Shown here: positions 42,554 to 52,687 of the stretch, in pieces
Numbering within the stretch: the stretch's first letter is position 1
Layout: the number at the start of each line of letters is the position of its first letter
DNA from: an uncultured Actinomycetota bacterium
GTDB taxonomy: Bacteria; Actinomycetota; Actinomycetes; Actinomycetales; Cellulomonadaceae
Length of the DNA: 64,000 nt
Assembly (NCBI GenBank): GCA_963850545.1
Contig: CAWKLP010000002.1
Span: 1,501,934-1,565,933, forward strand
Direction of reading: 5' to 3'
The notes under the pieces: generated by a model
Databases searched by the model: none
The model's input: the letters and a program-made list of their open reading frames with translations, nothing else
Told to the model about the DNA's origin: nothing
Made by a program: the position numbers and the translations under genes

Positions 42554-42659
42554 GATCCCTCCCTCAAATTCCATCACGCCTCTTGCAGATTGAGGTACAT
42601 AGAGCAATTCCGGACCTGGTTCCGCTCGGACACCTCCTGCTGTAGGAGGTGTGCAGCGG

Positions 42660-45600
42660 ATGGCTGCGACGATTGCTGTGATGTCGGCAGGGGATGGGTA
42701 CTCGTACTTCATGAAGTCGGTCGCGACCGGCGACGTGGACCGGTCGATGAGTACCCCGTTGACGCGGTACTACACCGAGACCGGGACCCCGCCGGGCCGG
42801 TGGCTGGGTTCCGGGGTCGCGAGCCTCGGCTCAGACGAGCTGGGTCGCCTGCTCGTAGGCGATCTGGTGACCGAGGAGCAGATGGCCCGGCTCGTGGGCA
42901 AGGGCCTGGACCCGATCACCGGCGAACAACTCGGCCGCGCCTACCCGGTCTACGGCAAGGGCAAGGGCGGCAAGTCTCGGCGGGCGGTGGCGGGATATGA
43001 CTTCACGTTCTCGCTGCCGAAGTCCGCCTCGATCCTGTGGGGCGTGTCCGACGCCGGGATCCAGGAACAGATCGTCGCCGTCCACCGCGCCGCGGTGGTC
43101 AAGGTGTTCGAGTTCATGGAACACGAGCTGGCCGCGACTCGGACCGGTGCGTCTGTCGCCGGGAACGCGACGAGCGAGGCAGGGGAGGGCGGCGCGGTCG
43201 CCCAGGTCGACGTCACCGGTTTGATCGCGATGTTCGTTCGATCACTGGGACTCGCGGACCAACGACCCGCACCTGCACACCCACGTCGTGGTCTCCAACA
43301 AGGTCAAGACGCTGCTCGACGGGAAGTGGCGGTCCCTGGACGGGCGCGGGTTGCACGCCGCGACGGTCGCGATGTCCGAGCTGCACGAAGCGATCGTGAT
43401 GGACGACCTGACCCGCACCCTCGGCGTGGGAGTGGGAACTACGGGCCAGGGCCGGGCAGGGCCGTAACCCGGCTGGTCGATCAAGGGCGTCCCGGACGAC
43501 CTGGTCGATTGCGTTCTCCCAGCGCTCGGAGCAGATCAACACCCGCACCGACGAACTGATCGCGCAGCACGTCGCGAAGTACGGGCGCCGGCCCAGCCCG
43601 AGCACGATCGACAAGTACCGCCAGCAGGCCAGCAAGGAGACCCGCCCGGACAAGACCCACCACTCCCTGGCCGACCTGACCACGGAGTGGCGGCAACGCA
43701 CCGCCGAGATCCTGGGCCGTGACCCAGGCAGAGTGGGCTCGCGAACTGGTCGCGAACCTGCCGCCGCGGATGCTGCGAGCCGATGACGTCCCGCTGGACC
43801 TGCTCGACGACCTTGCACAGACAGTGCTGATCGTGGTCTCGGAGAAGACGCCGGTGTGGCGACACTGGAACCTGTACGCCGAAGCCGTCCGGCAGACCAA
43901 AGATCTGAGGTTCGCCACCGCCGAAGACCGCATGGCCGTGGTCGCTGCGATCACCGATCGGGCCGAGGCTGGCTCGGTGCGGCTGACGCCGCCCGACCTC
44001 GCTGCCACGCCTGCCGAGTTCCGGCCGCGCGGACGGCACCAGCATCCTGCGCCCGAAGCACTCCGCCCTCTACTCCTCACAAGCCCTGCTCGACGCAGAG
44101 GCCCGGCTCCTGGACCGGGCCAGTACCCGCACCGCACCGACGATCACGCTGGACGCCGTCGAGCACGCCATCACCAAGGGCAGCCCCGGCGAGCGGGCGT
44201 GGACGGTCTCAGCCGAGCAGGCCGAAGCCATCGCCCGTGTCGCTGTCTCGGCCCGGCAGGTCGACCTGCTGGTCGGCCCGGCCGGGACGGGGAAGACCAC
44301 GACCATGCGCGCTCTGCGCGCGGCATGGGAGCAGCGAGCACGGGGCAGGGTCCGTGATCGGGCTGGCGCCGTCGGCTGCGGCTGCGGCGGTCCTGGCCGA
44401 TGACCTGGGCATCGAGTGTGAGAACACCGCGAAGTGGCTCTACGACCACGTCCACCAAGGCACGGCGTTCCGTGACGGGGCAGTTGGTCATCATCGACGA
44501 AGCCACGCTCGCCGGGACCCTCACCCTGGACCGGATCACCGCGCACGCCGCGGAGGTGGGGGCGAAGGTGCTGCTGGTCGGTGACCCGGCCCAGCTCCAG
44601 GCCGTCGAGGCCGGCGGAGCCTTCGCTCTCCTGGCCGCCGCCCGCAACACCGAGGACGGTGTGCCGGAGCTGACCGAGGTGCACCGGTTCACTGCACACG
44701 TGGGAGAAGCACGCCTCCCTGGCCCTGCGCCACGGACACGACGAGGCGATCGACGCCTACCTGGACCAAGGCCGGGTCCGCGACGGTGACACAGAGGCCA
44801 TGGTCGAGGCCGCCTATGCCGCCTGGCAGACCGACCTCGCAGACGGCAAGGACTCCGTGCTCGTCGCCGGGGACAACGAGACCGTGCGGGCGGTCAACGA
44901 GCGCGCCCGCGCCGAACGACTCCAGACCGGGGCCACTGAACCCGGCCGGGCTGTTCGACTCGCCGACGGGCTCGACGCTTCGGCAGGGGACGTGGTCATC
45001 ACCCGGCGTAACGACCGCCGCCTGTGCACCCGGAACGGCTCCTGGGTACGCAACGGCGACCGGTGGACCCTCGTCCAGGTCCGCGACGACGGGTCGGTCA
45101 TCGTGCGCCGACCGGAAGCCAAGTACGGCAACACGATCGTGCTCCCCGCCACCTACGCCGCCGAGCACTTCGACCTCGGCTACGCCGTGACCACCTACCG
45201 CGCCCAGGGGATCACGGTCGACACGAGCCACCTCATCACCGGGCCGGGCATGACAAGGGAGCACCTGTACGTCGGCCTGACCCGCGGGCGGGAGACCAAC
45301 ACCGCCTACGTCATCACCGACACCCCATTGGAGATCACGCCTGACGACTACGAGGACCTGACACCCAGGGGCGTCTTGGCCCGGATCGTCCGCACGGTCG
45401 GAGCCGAGAAGGCCGCCACGCAGGCGCGTCGGGACGAGCGCGAGCGGTGGGGATCGGTCGCACAGCTCGCCGCCGAGTACGAAACCCTCGCCGCAGCCGC
45501 ACAACGCGACCGCTGGACCGGACTCCTCCACCACTCCGGACTCTCAGCCCGCGACGCGGACCAGGTCATCACCGCACCCGCATTCGGAGCCCTGACCGCC

Positions 45601-46179
45601 GAGCTCCGCCGCGCCGAAGCCGACGGCCACGACGTCGAACACCTGCTGCCCCAACTCGTGGCCCAGCGCGGCCTGGACGACGCCGACGACGCGGCAGCCG
45701 TCCTGCACCACCGCCTTGCCACAGCCACCACACAACCCGTCCGCCACGACGGGCTGAGCATCCAACGCCGCTCGCCGCGCCGAATCGCGGGCCTTCTCCC
45801 TGAGGCGATCGGACCTATGACGAGCGAATACCGGCAGGCACTCCAGGAGCGGGCAGCACTGATCGAGCGACGCGTCACCGACATCGTCCAGCGCGCCATC
45901 CATGACCATGAACCCTGGCTCGCCCCGCTCGGCCCCGAACCAGGCGACACCAGAGCCCGACGCACCTGGCAGACCGCCGCACGCACGATCGCCGCTTACC
46001 GCGACCGCCACGGCATCAGTAGCGCGGCACCACTCGGCACCGAGCCAGTCACCACCGACGCACAGGCCGTCGACGCCGCGCGCTCCGCGACGGCGCTACG
46101 TCGAGCGACACGACCCCCGAGCGCACAGCTCCGGCGACCAGCCGTCGGGGCCCACGAGGGTCGAGGTATCGGCATGTAG
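42660..46179 (+). pseudogene. MobF/TrwC relaxase-helicase, multiply frameshifted
   Basis: VMSAGDGY, RYYTETGTPPGRWLG, YDFTFSLPKS, out-of-frame FDHWDSRTNDPHLHTH (HUH), GPAGTGKT, IIDEA, VGDPAQL, GYAVTTYRAQG. Confidence 0.88.
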
Positions 46180-46295
46180 CGGAGGTGAGCCTCGTCAGGT
46201 ACTGCACTTCGACGATCACTGAATCACCCGGTCATGTCTGGAATCACCGCTACACGACTCGCCCGTTCTGGAGGCAAGCCGGGACGATGGTCGGT

Positions 46296-46865
46296 ATGAC
46301 GTGGAACGAGACGCTCTTCGACTGGACTCAACTCGATGCTGTAGTCGGGGTTGCGTCAACCATCGCGACCCTTGTCGCCGTCGGATTCAGCGTGTGGACT
46401 GCGCACCGGGAGCATAAGGCTCGCATCGCCGCCGAAGAGCGGGCGAACAAGCTGGAGGACCAAGCTCGAGCCGAGGCCGAACGTGCACAGGCTTCGCGCG
46501 TCTTTGTCGGGGTCGAGAATTTCATCGGGTTCTCGGTCAGGAACGAATCGGACCTATCGATCCGCATGGCGAGAGCCCAGGCATACCACCCAGAGGTGGG
46601 GGCACTCGACTCCGACCCCACAGACGTCGTGGATCCTGGCATGCACGGCGTACTCCAAGCCGAGATGTATCAACGTGACCTTCCGGAGCATCTCTGGTTT
46701 CGGGTGCCATATGCCGTCGTCTTCCGGGACGACGGCGACCGATGGTGGGCCCGGTTCAAGAACGGCGACCTGCTCCGGCTGCCCGACGAAGTGGGCGCAG
46801 GTCGGAAGATGGTGCCGGAACGACTTGAACGTGTCTGGGCCGAGCATGCCCGCATTGCTGCCTGA
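46296..46865 (+). CDS. Hypothetical protein with N-terminal TM helix and short coiled coil
   Basis: VVGVASTIATLVAVGFSVW followed by EERANKLEDQARAEAERAQA. Confidence 0.6.
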   Translation: MTWNETLFDWTQLDAVVGVASTIATLVAVGFSVWTAHREHKARIAAEERANKLEDQARAEAERAQASRVFVGVENFIGFSVRNESDLSIRMARAQAYHPEVGALDSDPTDVVDPGMHGVLQAEMYQRDLPEHLWFRVPYAVVFRDDGDRWWARFKNGDLLRLPDEVGAGRKMVPERLERVWAEHARIAA

Positions 46866-46965
46866 TCGGCGTCGGTCTGGTCACCTACGATGAGATCCTC
46901 GTGGGCGGTTGAAAGATGCTCCGAGTGTTTCCCGTAGCCGACCCCGGATGTGACGGGAGAGCGAC

Positions 46966-48195
46966 ATGCCAATCGTGCCGTTCGGTGATTTGTCCGAACC
47001 CAACGAGGTTACGTACGCGGAAGGACGTCTCACCACGCGCACGTACGCGAGCAAGAATTTCACTGCGGCTTTCGGACAAGACCAAGGGCACCCGTCTCGG
47101 TATATCTACCGGGCCTTCGACGAAGTCGTCACCGCGGACGACGATGAATGGGATTGGACGGTCGATGTGGTCTCCACAACTCCCGGCGCGCGCAAGCAGA
47201 TCCAACTCCAAGTGGCCCGTTCTGCGGGTGCCGTCCGGAAGATACGCATCCAGAAGGTTCCGACCTCCGGCGACCTTACCCGGCTGGAGAACGTGCTGGA
47301 ACTCGACCGGGACCAGTCCACTCGCCTCATCGACATGTTGCGGGCACTTGACGCAATACCGATAGAAGGAGAGAGCACGGTCCATGTCGACGATCAGTTG
47401 CTCCGAGACGTCTTTGCCGACCCCAACGCAATCTCAAGGGTCTACGCCGACGACCCCGACCGCTTCCGTGCACTCATCGAGAGCGACGCGAACGCCAGTG
47501 ACGTGATTGCCCTTCAGCACCGGCGGGAGATCGCCGCGACCATGCGGCAGTGGCTCGGCGATGAGGAAGCTTTTGCAAGGGCGAATGCTGCGGCGGGTGG
47601 CCCGGAGAGGGCTTGGCAACAGCTGCTTGAAGCGAATCCGTGGGTGCTCGGCGTGGGTCTTGGTGGTCAACTTCTGACCTCTTGGGAGACGGGGAAGCTG
47701 GAACAGACCGTAGTCGGAAGGAGCATCAAGGGCGTAGGCAAGCGCGCCGACGCGCTATTGCGCACCGCCGGCCTCGTTCGATCCCTCGTCTTCGCTGAGA
47801 TCAAGCACCACCAGACCCGCCTGCTCGGCGATGAATACCGCTCCGGCTCGTGGAGCCCATCAAAGGACCTCGCTGGCGCAATCGTTCAGGTCCAGCAGAC
47901 TGTCCACCTGGCAGGCCGAGAGTTCGATGACTACATCCAAGACCAGGCTGAAGACGGAGAACTGCTCGGCGAAGGAACCTTCTTCCTCCAGCCCCGTTCG
48001 TTTGTGGTCGTCGGCTCGCTCGACCAGCTCACAGGCAGCAGCGGAGGCCCAATTCCAGACAAGGTGCGCAGCTTCGAACTGTTTCGCCGCAACCTACACG
48101 AGCCTGAAGTAATTACGTTCGACGAGCTGGTCGCGCGCGCAGAGCTGCACATCGAGGGCGCCGAGCTCACAGACCGCGGTCTCGCTCCACGCTGA
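46966..48195 (+). CDS. sduA: Shedu anti-phage nuclease (DUF4263)
   Basis: WQQLLEANPWVLG, RADALL, FAEIKHH, DLAGAIVQVQ, PRSFVVVG, SFELFRRNL, ITFDELVARA. Confidence 0.88.
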   Translation: MPIVPFGDLSEPNEVTYAEGRLTTRTYASKNFTAAFGQDQGHPSRYIYRAFDEVVTADDDEWDWTVDVVSTTPGARKQIQLQVARSAGAVRKIRIQKVPTSGDLTRLENVLELDRDQSTRLIDMLRALDAIPIEGESTVHVDDQLLRDVFADPNAISRVYADDPDRFRALIESDANASDVIALQHRREIAATMRQWLGDEEAFARANAAAGGPERAWQQLLEANPWVLGVGLGGQLLTSWETGKLEQTVVGRSIKGVGKRADALLRTAGLVRSLVFAEIKHHQTRLLGDEYRSGSWSPSKDLAGAIVQVQQTVHLAGREFDDYIQDQAEDGELLGEGTFFLQPRSFVVVGSLDQLTGSSGGPIPDKVRSFELFRRNLHEPEVITFDELVARAELHIEGAELTDRGLAPR

Positions 48196-48198
48196 GCC

Positions 48199-48609
48199 AT
48201 GCACATCAAAACCGGCAGGCGGCCGTCCTGCGCGTGGTGTCGTGGGGGGATCGGGTGGAACACCCGCCAGGACGCCAAGTTCTGCTCCAGAAAGTGTCGC
48301 CAGGCCGACTACAGGTTCAGAGCCAAGTTCGGGAACGCGCCTGCGCGAACCGTCCCCGCCGTACGCGACCGAACGCCGATCGACACCGAAAACTTCGACT
48401 TCCCGGAGCTTCCGCTGCTGTACGCGGACCGGCCGGTGTACTGGGTGGTCTGCACAGTACCGGCTGTCTGCCGCCGGTGCCGTGCAGAGATCGGGTCAGG
48501 AGCCGACGCGATGATTTTCGGACCCGGGATCTACTTCCTCAACGAGTTGGGTCCGTTCTGCAACGGGGACTGCGCACTGGACTTCGTCTACGCGCGCCCG
48601 GTCGCATGA
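48199..48609 (+). CDS. Small Cys-rich (putative Zn-binding) hypothetical protein
   Basis: CAWC...FCSRKC and CRRC...FCNGDC; starts 3 nt after the Shedu stop. Confidence 0.5.
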   Translation: MHIKTGRRPSCAWCRGGIGWNTRQDAKFCSRKCRQADYRFRAKFGNAPARTVPAVRDRTPIDTENFDFPELPLLYADRPVYWVVCTVPAVCRRCRAEIGSGADAMIFGPGIYFLNELGPFCNGDCALDFVYARPVA

Positions 48610-49048
48610 CCCGGGGCCGTTACGCCTCTGACTCCCTGACCTGGGTGGACGTCGTTTGAAGTGTTACCGATGTCAGACGCCACTCCTAGGATTAGGCCCA
48701 GTAGCGATCACCCGCTCGAGAAACACAGGATGTAGCGTGTCGAACACTCGTCCAACTACAACCTGCGATGTCGGCGCAAGTGCCGGTGGGCTCGGATAGA
48801 GTGTTCGCTGTGATCAGTTCGTGACGTACTGACATCTCGATGTTTGGGACGGCCGGACAGCACAAAGCCCAGGTGCGGGAACACCTGGGCCGAGTGCGCC
48901 ACGCAAGGCAGCACGAAGCCGCGCTGCAAGGTGACTGGTTGTTCTTATCAGAGAACTCGCCGCCATCTTGCCATGCCTCGAAGGTCCTGGCGACCAATCG
49001 GGGAGACCAACCGGTGGCGCGGTGTGAACGAGAAGGGTTCATACCGCA

Positions 49049-49660
49049 GTGTCAAACATCAGTCTCACCAGCATGGTGAAGTATCTCAACGCCCGCCCCG
49101 CGCGGGCCGGCGTGGTGGCCAACCAGATCGCCGCGCAGGTCGGCCAGCCGTACTTCCTGCCCGGCGACTACTGGAAGTCGATGCGGGAAGCCCTCGTCGC
49201 CGACCGCCGCCTCACCCGCGACGGCCAGGCCCTGGCGGCAGCCGCGCAGAACGCTAGGGACCCCAAGAAGAAGGCATCGTTCGCCGCCGCCGCACACAAC
49301 TGGGCGGAACTGGCCCCGCGGTGGGACGGGTGCGAGCACGTGCACCTGCCGGCTACGACGGTCACGCTCGGCAACCTGCCCGTGCGGATCCCCGCGCTGT
49401 GCGCGGAGCGGCGTCCGGATGGCCAGCTCGAGGTGCTGCTCGTTCGCTTCAACCTCGAGGAGCTCGGTTCTGACGCCGTCCAGGGAGCGCTGCGCATCCT
49501 GCAGCGCGCCTACCCGGGCGCCACCGTCACGTTCGTCGACGTGCCGCGCAAGAAGGTCACCGCGGCGCGGGGTGACCTGGCAACGTACGACGCCTACCTC
49601 GACCAGGCGGGGATGTACCTCGCGTACATCCTCGACAGCCAGGGCGGCCAGGCCGCGTAG
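49049..49660 (+). CDS. Hypothetical protein near attR
   Basis: 203-aa ORF with strong high-GC codon bias; no recognised motif. Confidence 0.55.
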   Translation: MSNISLTSMVKYLNARPARAGVVANQIAAQVGQPYFLPGDYWKSMREALVADRRLTRDGQALAAAAQNARDPKKKASFAAAAHNWAELAPRWDGCEHVHLPATTVTLGNLPVRIPALCAERRPDGQLEVLLVRFNLEELGSDAVQGALRILQRAYPGATVTFVDVPRKKVTAARGDLATYDAYLDQAGMYLAYILDSQGGQAA

Positions 49661-49765
49661 CTGGCATGTCGTAGGGAGTGGTGATCTCGTCGTGGCCGAA
49701 CTGCCATTCGGAGATCACCACTCCCTGTAGAGCGAATCCATTCAAGCCGCGATGTGTTCGAGCCG

Positions 49766-49816
49766 TGACACGGTTCCTGACACGGTTGCGCCCGTGACAC
49801 GCGATGTGACACGGTT
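49766..49816 (+). repeat. Putative integrase arm-type sites (right), TGACACG(GTT) x4
   Basis: Copies at 49766/49778 and 49795/49807; each pair has a 12-bp period, as at the left end. Confidence 0.7.
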
Positions 49817-49979
49817 CCAGCGACCACCGGCGCCGACGCTTGCCTACGGATGCCAACCGTGTCAGGCTGAACCTGAGCGGCGCAGGAATGGCGGAATCTA
49901 GCCATTTCTGCACCAACATCAGGGCTAACACGGCCCACTCAAGACAGCCTTGCGAGCGAGCGTCGAAATCCGCTCCACC

Positions 49980-50017
49980 AGCAGGGGGTTGCGGGTTCGA
50001 GTCCCGCTGGCTCCACC
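49980..50017 (+). repeat. attR core (displaced tRNA-Ala 3' half, followed by A completing CCA)
   Basis: Identical to 22171-22208. Confidence 0.95.
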
Positions 50018-50026
50018 ACCTGACCG

Positions 50027-50050
50027 AAGCCCGGATTCGTCCGGGCTTTT
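50027..50050 (+). terminator. Intrinsic terminator (probable original tRNA terminator)
   Basis: AAGCCCGGA-TTCG-TCCGGGCTT plus T tract. Confidence 0.8.
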
Positions 50051-50255
50051 GTCGTTCCCGTGGTCGGACGCCCCGCATTGGAGAGAACACGTACGCGCAC
50101 CCTGTGGCATCCCCGTACGTTTGGCCCCGACGCCGGATTTTTCACCCCCAATCTGTCTCCGGCTGCTGACAAGTCAGGACCCCTTTCATATCGTCGAGCG
50201 GGAGGGGCACGCACCACCCAACTGTTTCGGCCCCTCGTCATCCGAGGAGGACAGC

Positions 50256-51458
50256 GTGTCCCTGACCAGGAAACTCATCGGCACTGCCGCCGCATTGACC
50301 GCCGCCCTATCGGCCGCGGTGGTTGCCACACCGACGGCCACCGCAGTACCCGACACCATCCCGCTCACGATCACCAACGACTCGGGCCGCGGCGACCAGG
50401 TGTTCATCTACGTCCTGGGTGAGACGGGTGGTCAGCTCGGCTATGCCGATGCCCAAGGAACGTTCCATGCCTGGCCGGACGCCGGGAGCGTCCCCGAGCC
50501 GGCACCCGACGCGTCGATCGCCGGGCCCGCGAACGGGCAGGACGTCACGATCCAGCTGCCCAAGCTGTCGGGCCGCGTGTACTTCTCGTACGGCAGCAAG
50601 CTCGACTTCAAAATCGTGAACGACGGCCGGCTCGTGCAGCCCGCCGTGCAGAATCCGAGCGACCCCAACCGGAACATCCTGTTCAACTGGACGGAGTACA
50701 CGCTCAACGACTCCGGCCTGTGGATCAACAGCACCCAGGTCGACTTCTTCTCCGCGCCCTACCAGACGGGTCTGCGCTCCTCGAGCGGCGAGCTGAAGCA
50801 CACCGGGATGCTCAAGCCCGACGGTTGGGACAACGTGGTCTCGGCGCTGTCGCAGCAGGACGGCTGGGACGGTCTCGCGCAGACCGGCTCCGACGGTTCT
50901 GTGCTGCGAGTCCTCTCCCCCGGCCACGGGGTCGGCACGGGCCAGGTCGACGCGAACATCCTGTCCGACTACGTCGACCGGGTCTGGAGCAAGTACTCCA
51001 GCGAGACCCTGACGGTCGTGCCCTACGGCGACCAGCCGGAAAAGAAGTTCCTCGGCACCGTCTCGGGCGACACCATGACGTTCACCGACACCTCGGGCGC
51101 CGTCATCACTACGTTCCCGAAGCCCTCGGGCGAGTCGATCTTCGGGTGCGCCGGTGACCTGGCGGCGCCGAACAACGACATCGGCGCCATCGCCCGCACG
51201 CTGTGCGCCGGCTTCAACCGGTCCTCGCTGCTCGACAGCACCACGCAGCCCACCCAGGACCCCGCCGGCTTCTACCAGGACCCGGTGACGAACTACTACG
51301 CCAAGTACATCCACGAGCAGATGGCGGACGGCAAGGCGTACGCGTTCGCGTTCGACGACGTCGTGGCGCAGGAGTCGCTGGTGCACGACGGCGACCCGAC
51401 CGAGGCGTTCATCCAGCTGGACCCGTTCGCCGGGGCGGCCACACCGATCGGCGGCTGA
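50256..51458 (+). CDS. Secreted GH64 beta-1,3-glucanase (catalytic domain only)
   Basis: Signal peptide, IPLTITNDSG, QPAVQNPSDPNRNILFNWTEYTLN, NSTQVD, YAFAFDDV. Confidence 0.9.
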   Translation: MSLTRKLIGTAAALTAALSAAVVATPTATAVPDTIPLTITNDSGRGDQVFIYVLGETGGQLGYADAQGTFHAWPDAGSVPEPAPDASIAGPANGQDVTIQLPKLSGRVYFSYGSKLDFKIVNDGRLVQPAVQNPSDPNRNILFNWTEYTLNDSGLWINSTQVDFFSAPYQTGLRSSSGELKHTGMLKPDGWDNVVSALSQQDGWDGLAQTGSDGSVLRVLSPGHGVGTGQVDANILSDYVDRVWSKYSSETLTVVPYGDQPEKKFLGTVSGDTMTFTDTSGAVITTFPKPSGESIFGCAGDLAAPNNDIGAIARTLCAGFNRSSLLDSTTQPTQDPAGFYQDPVTNYYAKYIHEQMADGKAYAFAFDDVVAQESLVHDGDPTEAFIQLDPFAGAATPIGG

Positions 51459-51485
51459 CGCCGGTCCGCTGATCGCAGCGCGCAC

Positions 51486-51526
51486 CGTCAGGAGGGCCCG
51501 GCCTGTACGGCCGGGCCCTCCTGACG
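51486..51526. terminator. Long hairpin between convergent genes
   Basis: CGTCAGGAGGGCCCGGCC...GGCCGGGCCCTCCTGACG. Confidence 0.7.
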
Positions 51527-51547
51527 TGCTCGGGGAAGCGACCGGGG

Positions 51548-52564
51548 TCAGTCCCCCTGCTTGGTCTCCCCCGGCGGAACCTCGTCCACGATCGGCTCGT
51601 CCTTCGCGGCCGGAGCCGCTTTGGTGGCCTTGGTGTCCGCTGCCTTCGGCGTGGTACCGGCGGGGCTGTCGGCGCCGCTGCGACCGGCCTTCTGCGCAGC
51701 GTCGGACACCACAGTGCTCGCCTTCTGCGCCGTCGACTTCGCCGCGTCGATTACCGGAGCGGCCTTCTCCTTGGCGGCGTCGAACACCGGGGCCGCCTTC
51801 TCCAGCACCGGCCCGGCCTTCTCCTTGGCCGCCTCGAACGCGGGGCTCGCGGCCGAGTAGGCCCGAACGCCGAGGTCCTTGGCCGTCTGCGCGGCCTTGG
51901 CTCCCGCCTCCTTGCCCTTGGCGACCGCGGAACCTGCCGCGGAGCCGACGCCGGACGAGTGCTTCGCGGCGCCGTCCGAGTAGTCGGCTCCCGAGCCCTG
52001 CTCCCATGGCTCGGCCCACGGGTCGGTCTGGGGCTGCGCGCGCTTCCAGAACACATAGCCCGCGACGGCGGCGCCGCCCGCGACCAGCGCTACGAGCCAG
52101 CCCTTCTTGGAGCTCTTCTTGCTGGCCTGGTCCGCCGCCTCGGTGACGGTCTCGGCGAGCGATGCCTTGCCCTGGGCCGCCGCGGCGTTGGACGCCGCCG
52201 CGTTGAACGCGGAGACCATCTTCGGCAGCAGGTCGTCCACGAGCTTGTCGTGTGCGGAGTCGATGAGCGGCGCAGCCTTCCCCGCCGCCTTCTCGACCTG
52301 CGGAGCAGCGGCCTGGAGGCTGTCCTGCCACGCCTTCTCGGCGCGCGGCGTCAGCCAGGCGATGAAGTCGTTGACGCGGGGCTGGGCCCATTCCTTGGCG
52401 TTCGAGGCCCGGTCCTTGGCCTGGGCCGCGATGGACCCCGCCTGTGTCGCGGCTTTGGAGCTGACATCGGAAAGCAGAGCTGTGGCCTCCGCGGCCCTCT
52501 CCTTGACCTTCTCGGTGTCGATCTTGCTCGTGTCCACGTAGTCGGTCACTTTCTTGCGGGTCAT
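51548..52564 (-). CDS. Ala/Lys-rich hypothetical membrane protein
   Basis: One TM segment (GWLVALVAGGAAVAGYVFW), DPWAEPW, AKEKAAPV repeats. Confidence 0.7.
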   Translation of the reverse strand: MTRKKVTDYVDTSKIDTEKVKERAAEATALLSDVSSKAATQAGSIAAQAKDRASNAKEWAQPRVNDFIAWLTPRAEKAWQDSLQAAAPQVEKAAGKAAPLIDSAHDKLVDDLLPKMVSAFNAAASNAAAAQGKASLAETVTEAADQASKKSSKKGWLVALVAGGAAVAGYVFWKRAQPQTDPWAEPWEQGSGADYSDGAAKHSSGVGSAAGSAVAKGKEAGAKAAQTAKDLGVRAYSAASPAFEAAKEKAGPVLEKAAPVFDAAKEKAAPVIDAAKSTAQKASTVVSDAAQKAGRSGADSPAGTTPKAADTKATKAAPAAKDEPIVDEVPPGETKQGD

Positions 52565-52687
52565 GAAACTCCCCCCGAACTGTTCAAATAGTCCTCAAGG
52601 TGCCACTCTGCCATCGCCTGCCCTTGCTGGCGAGGGCGGGCGGCGACGGTGCAGCACCAGCGGGCCGCTCCGTGGGAGGATTGATGC

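Larger units (their letters stand above)
22171..50017. mobile_element. ~27.8 kb integrative (probably mobilisable) element in tRNA-Ala
   Basis: 38-bp direct repeats of the tRNA 3' half at both ends; adjacent integrase and excisionase; MobF relaxase; accessory cargo. Confidence 0.93.

Noticed and set aside
41800-42593. Pro/His-rich C-terminus of the 445-aa ORF at 41256
   Set aside because: Out-of-frame read-through after a frameshift into the G-free tract; the real hydrolase C-terminus is in other frames.
22171-50017. Prophage or self-transmissible ICE interpretation
   Set aside because: No capsid, terminase, tail, VirB4 or VirD4 homologues are recognisable within the att boundaries.
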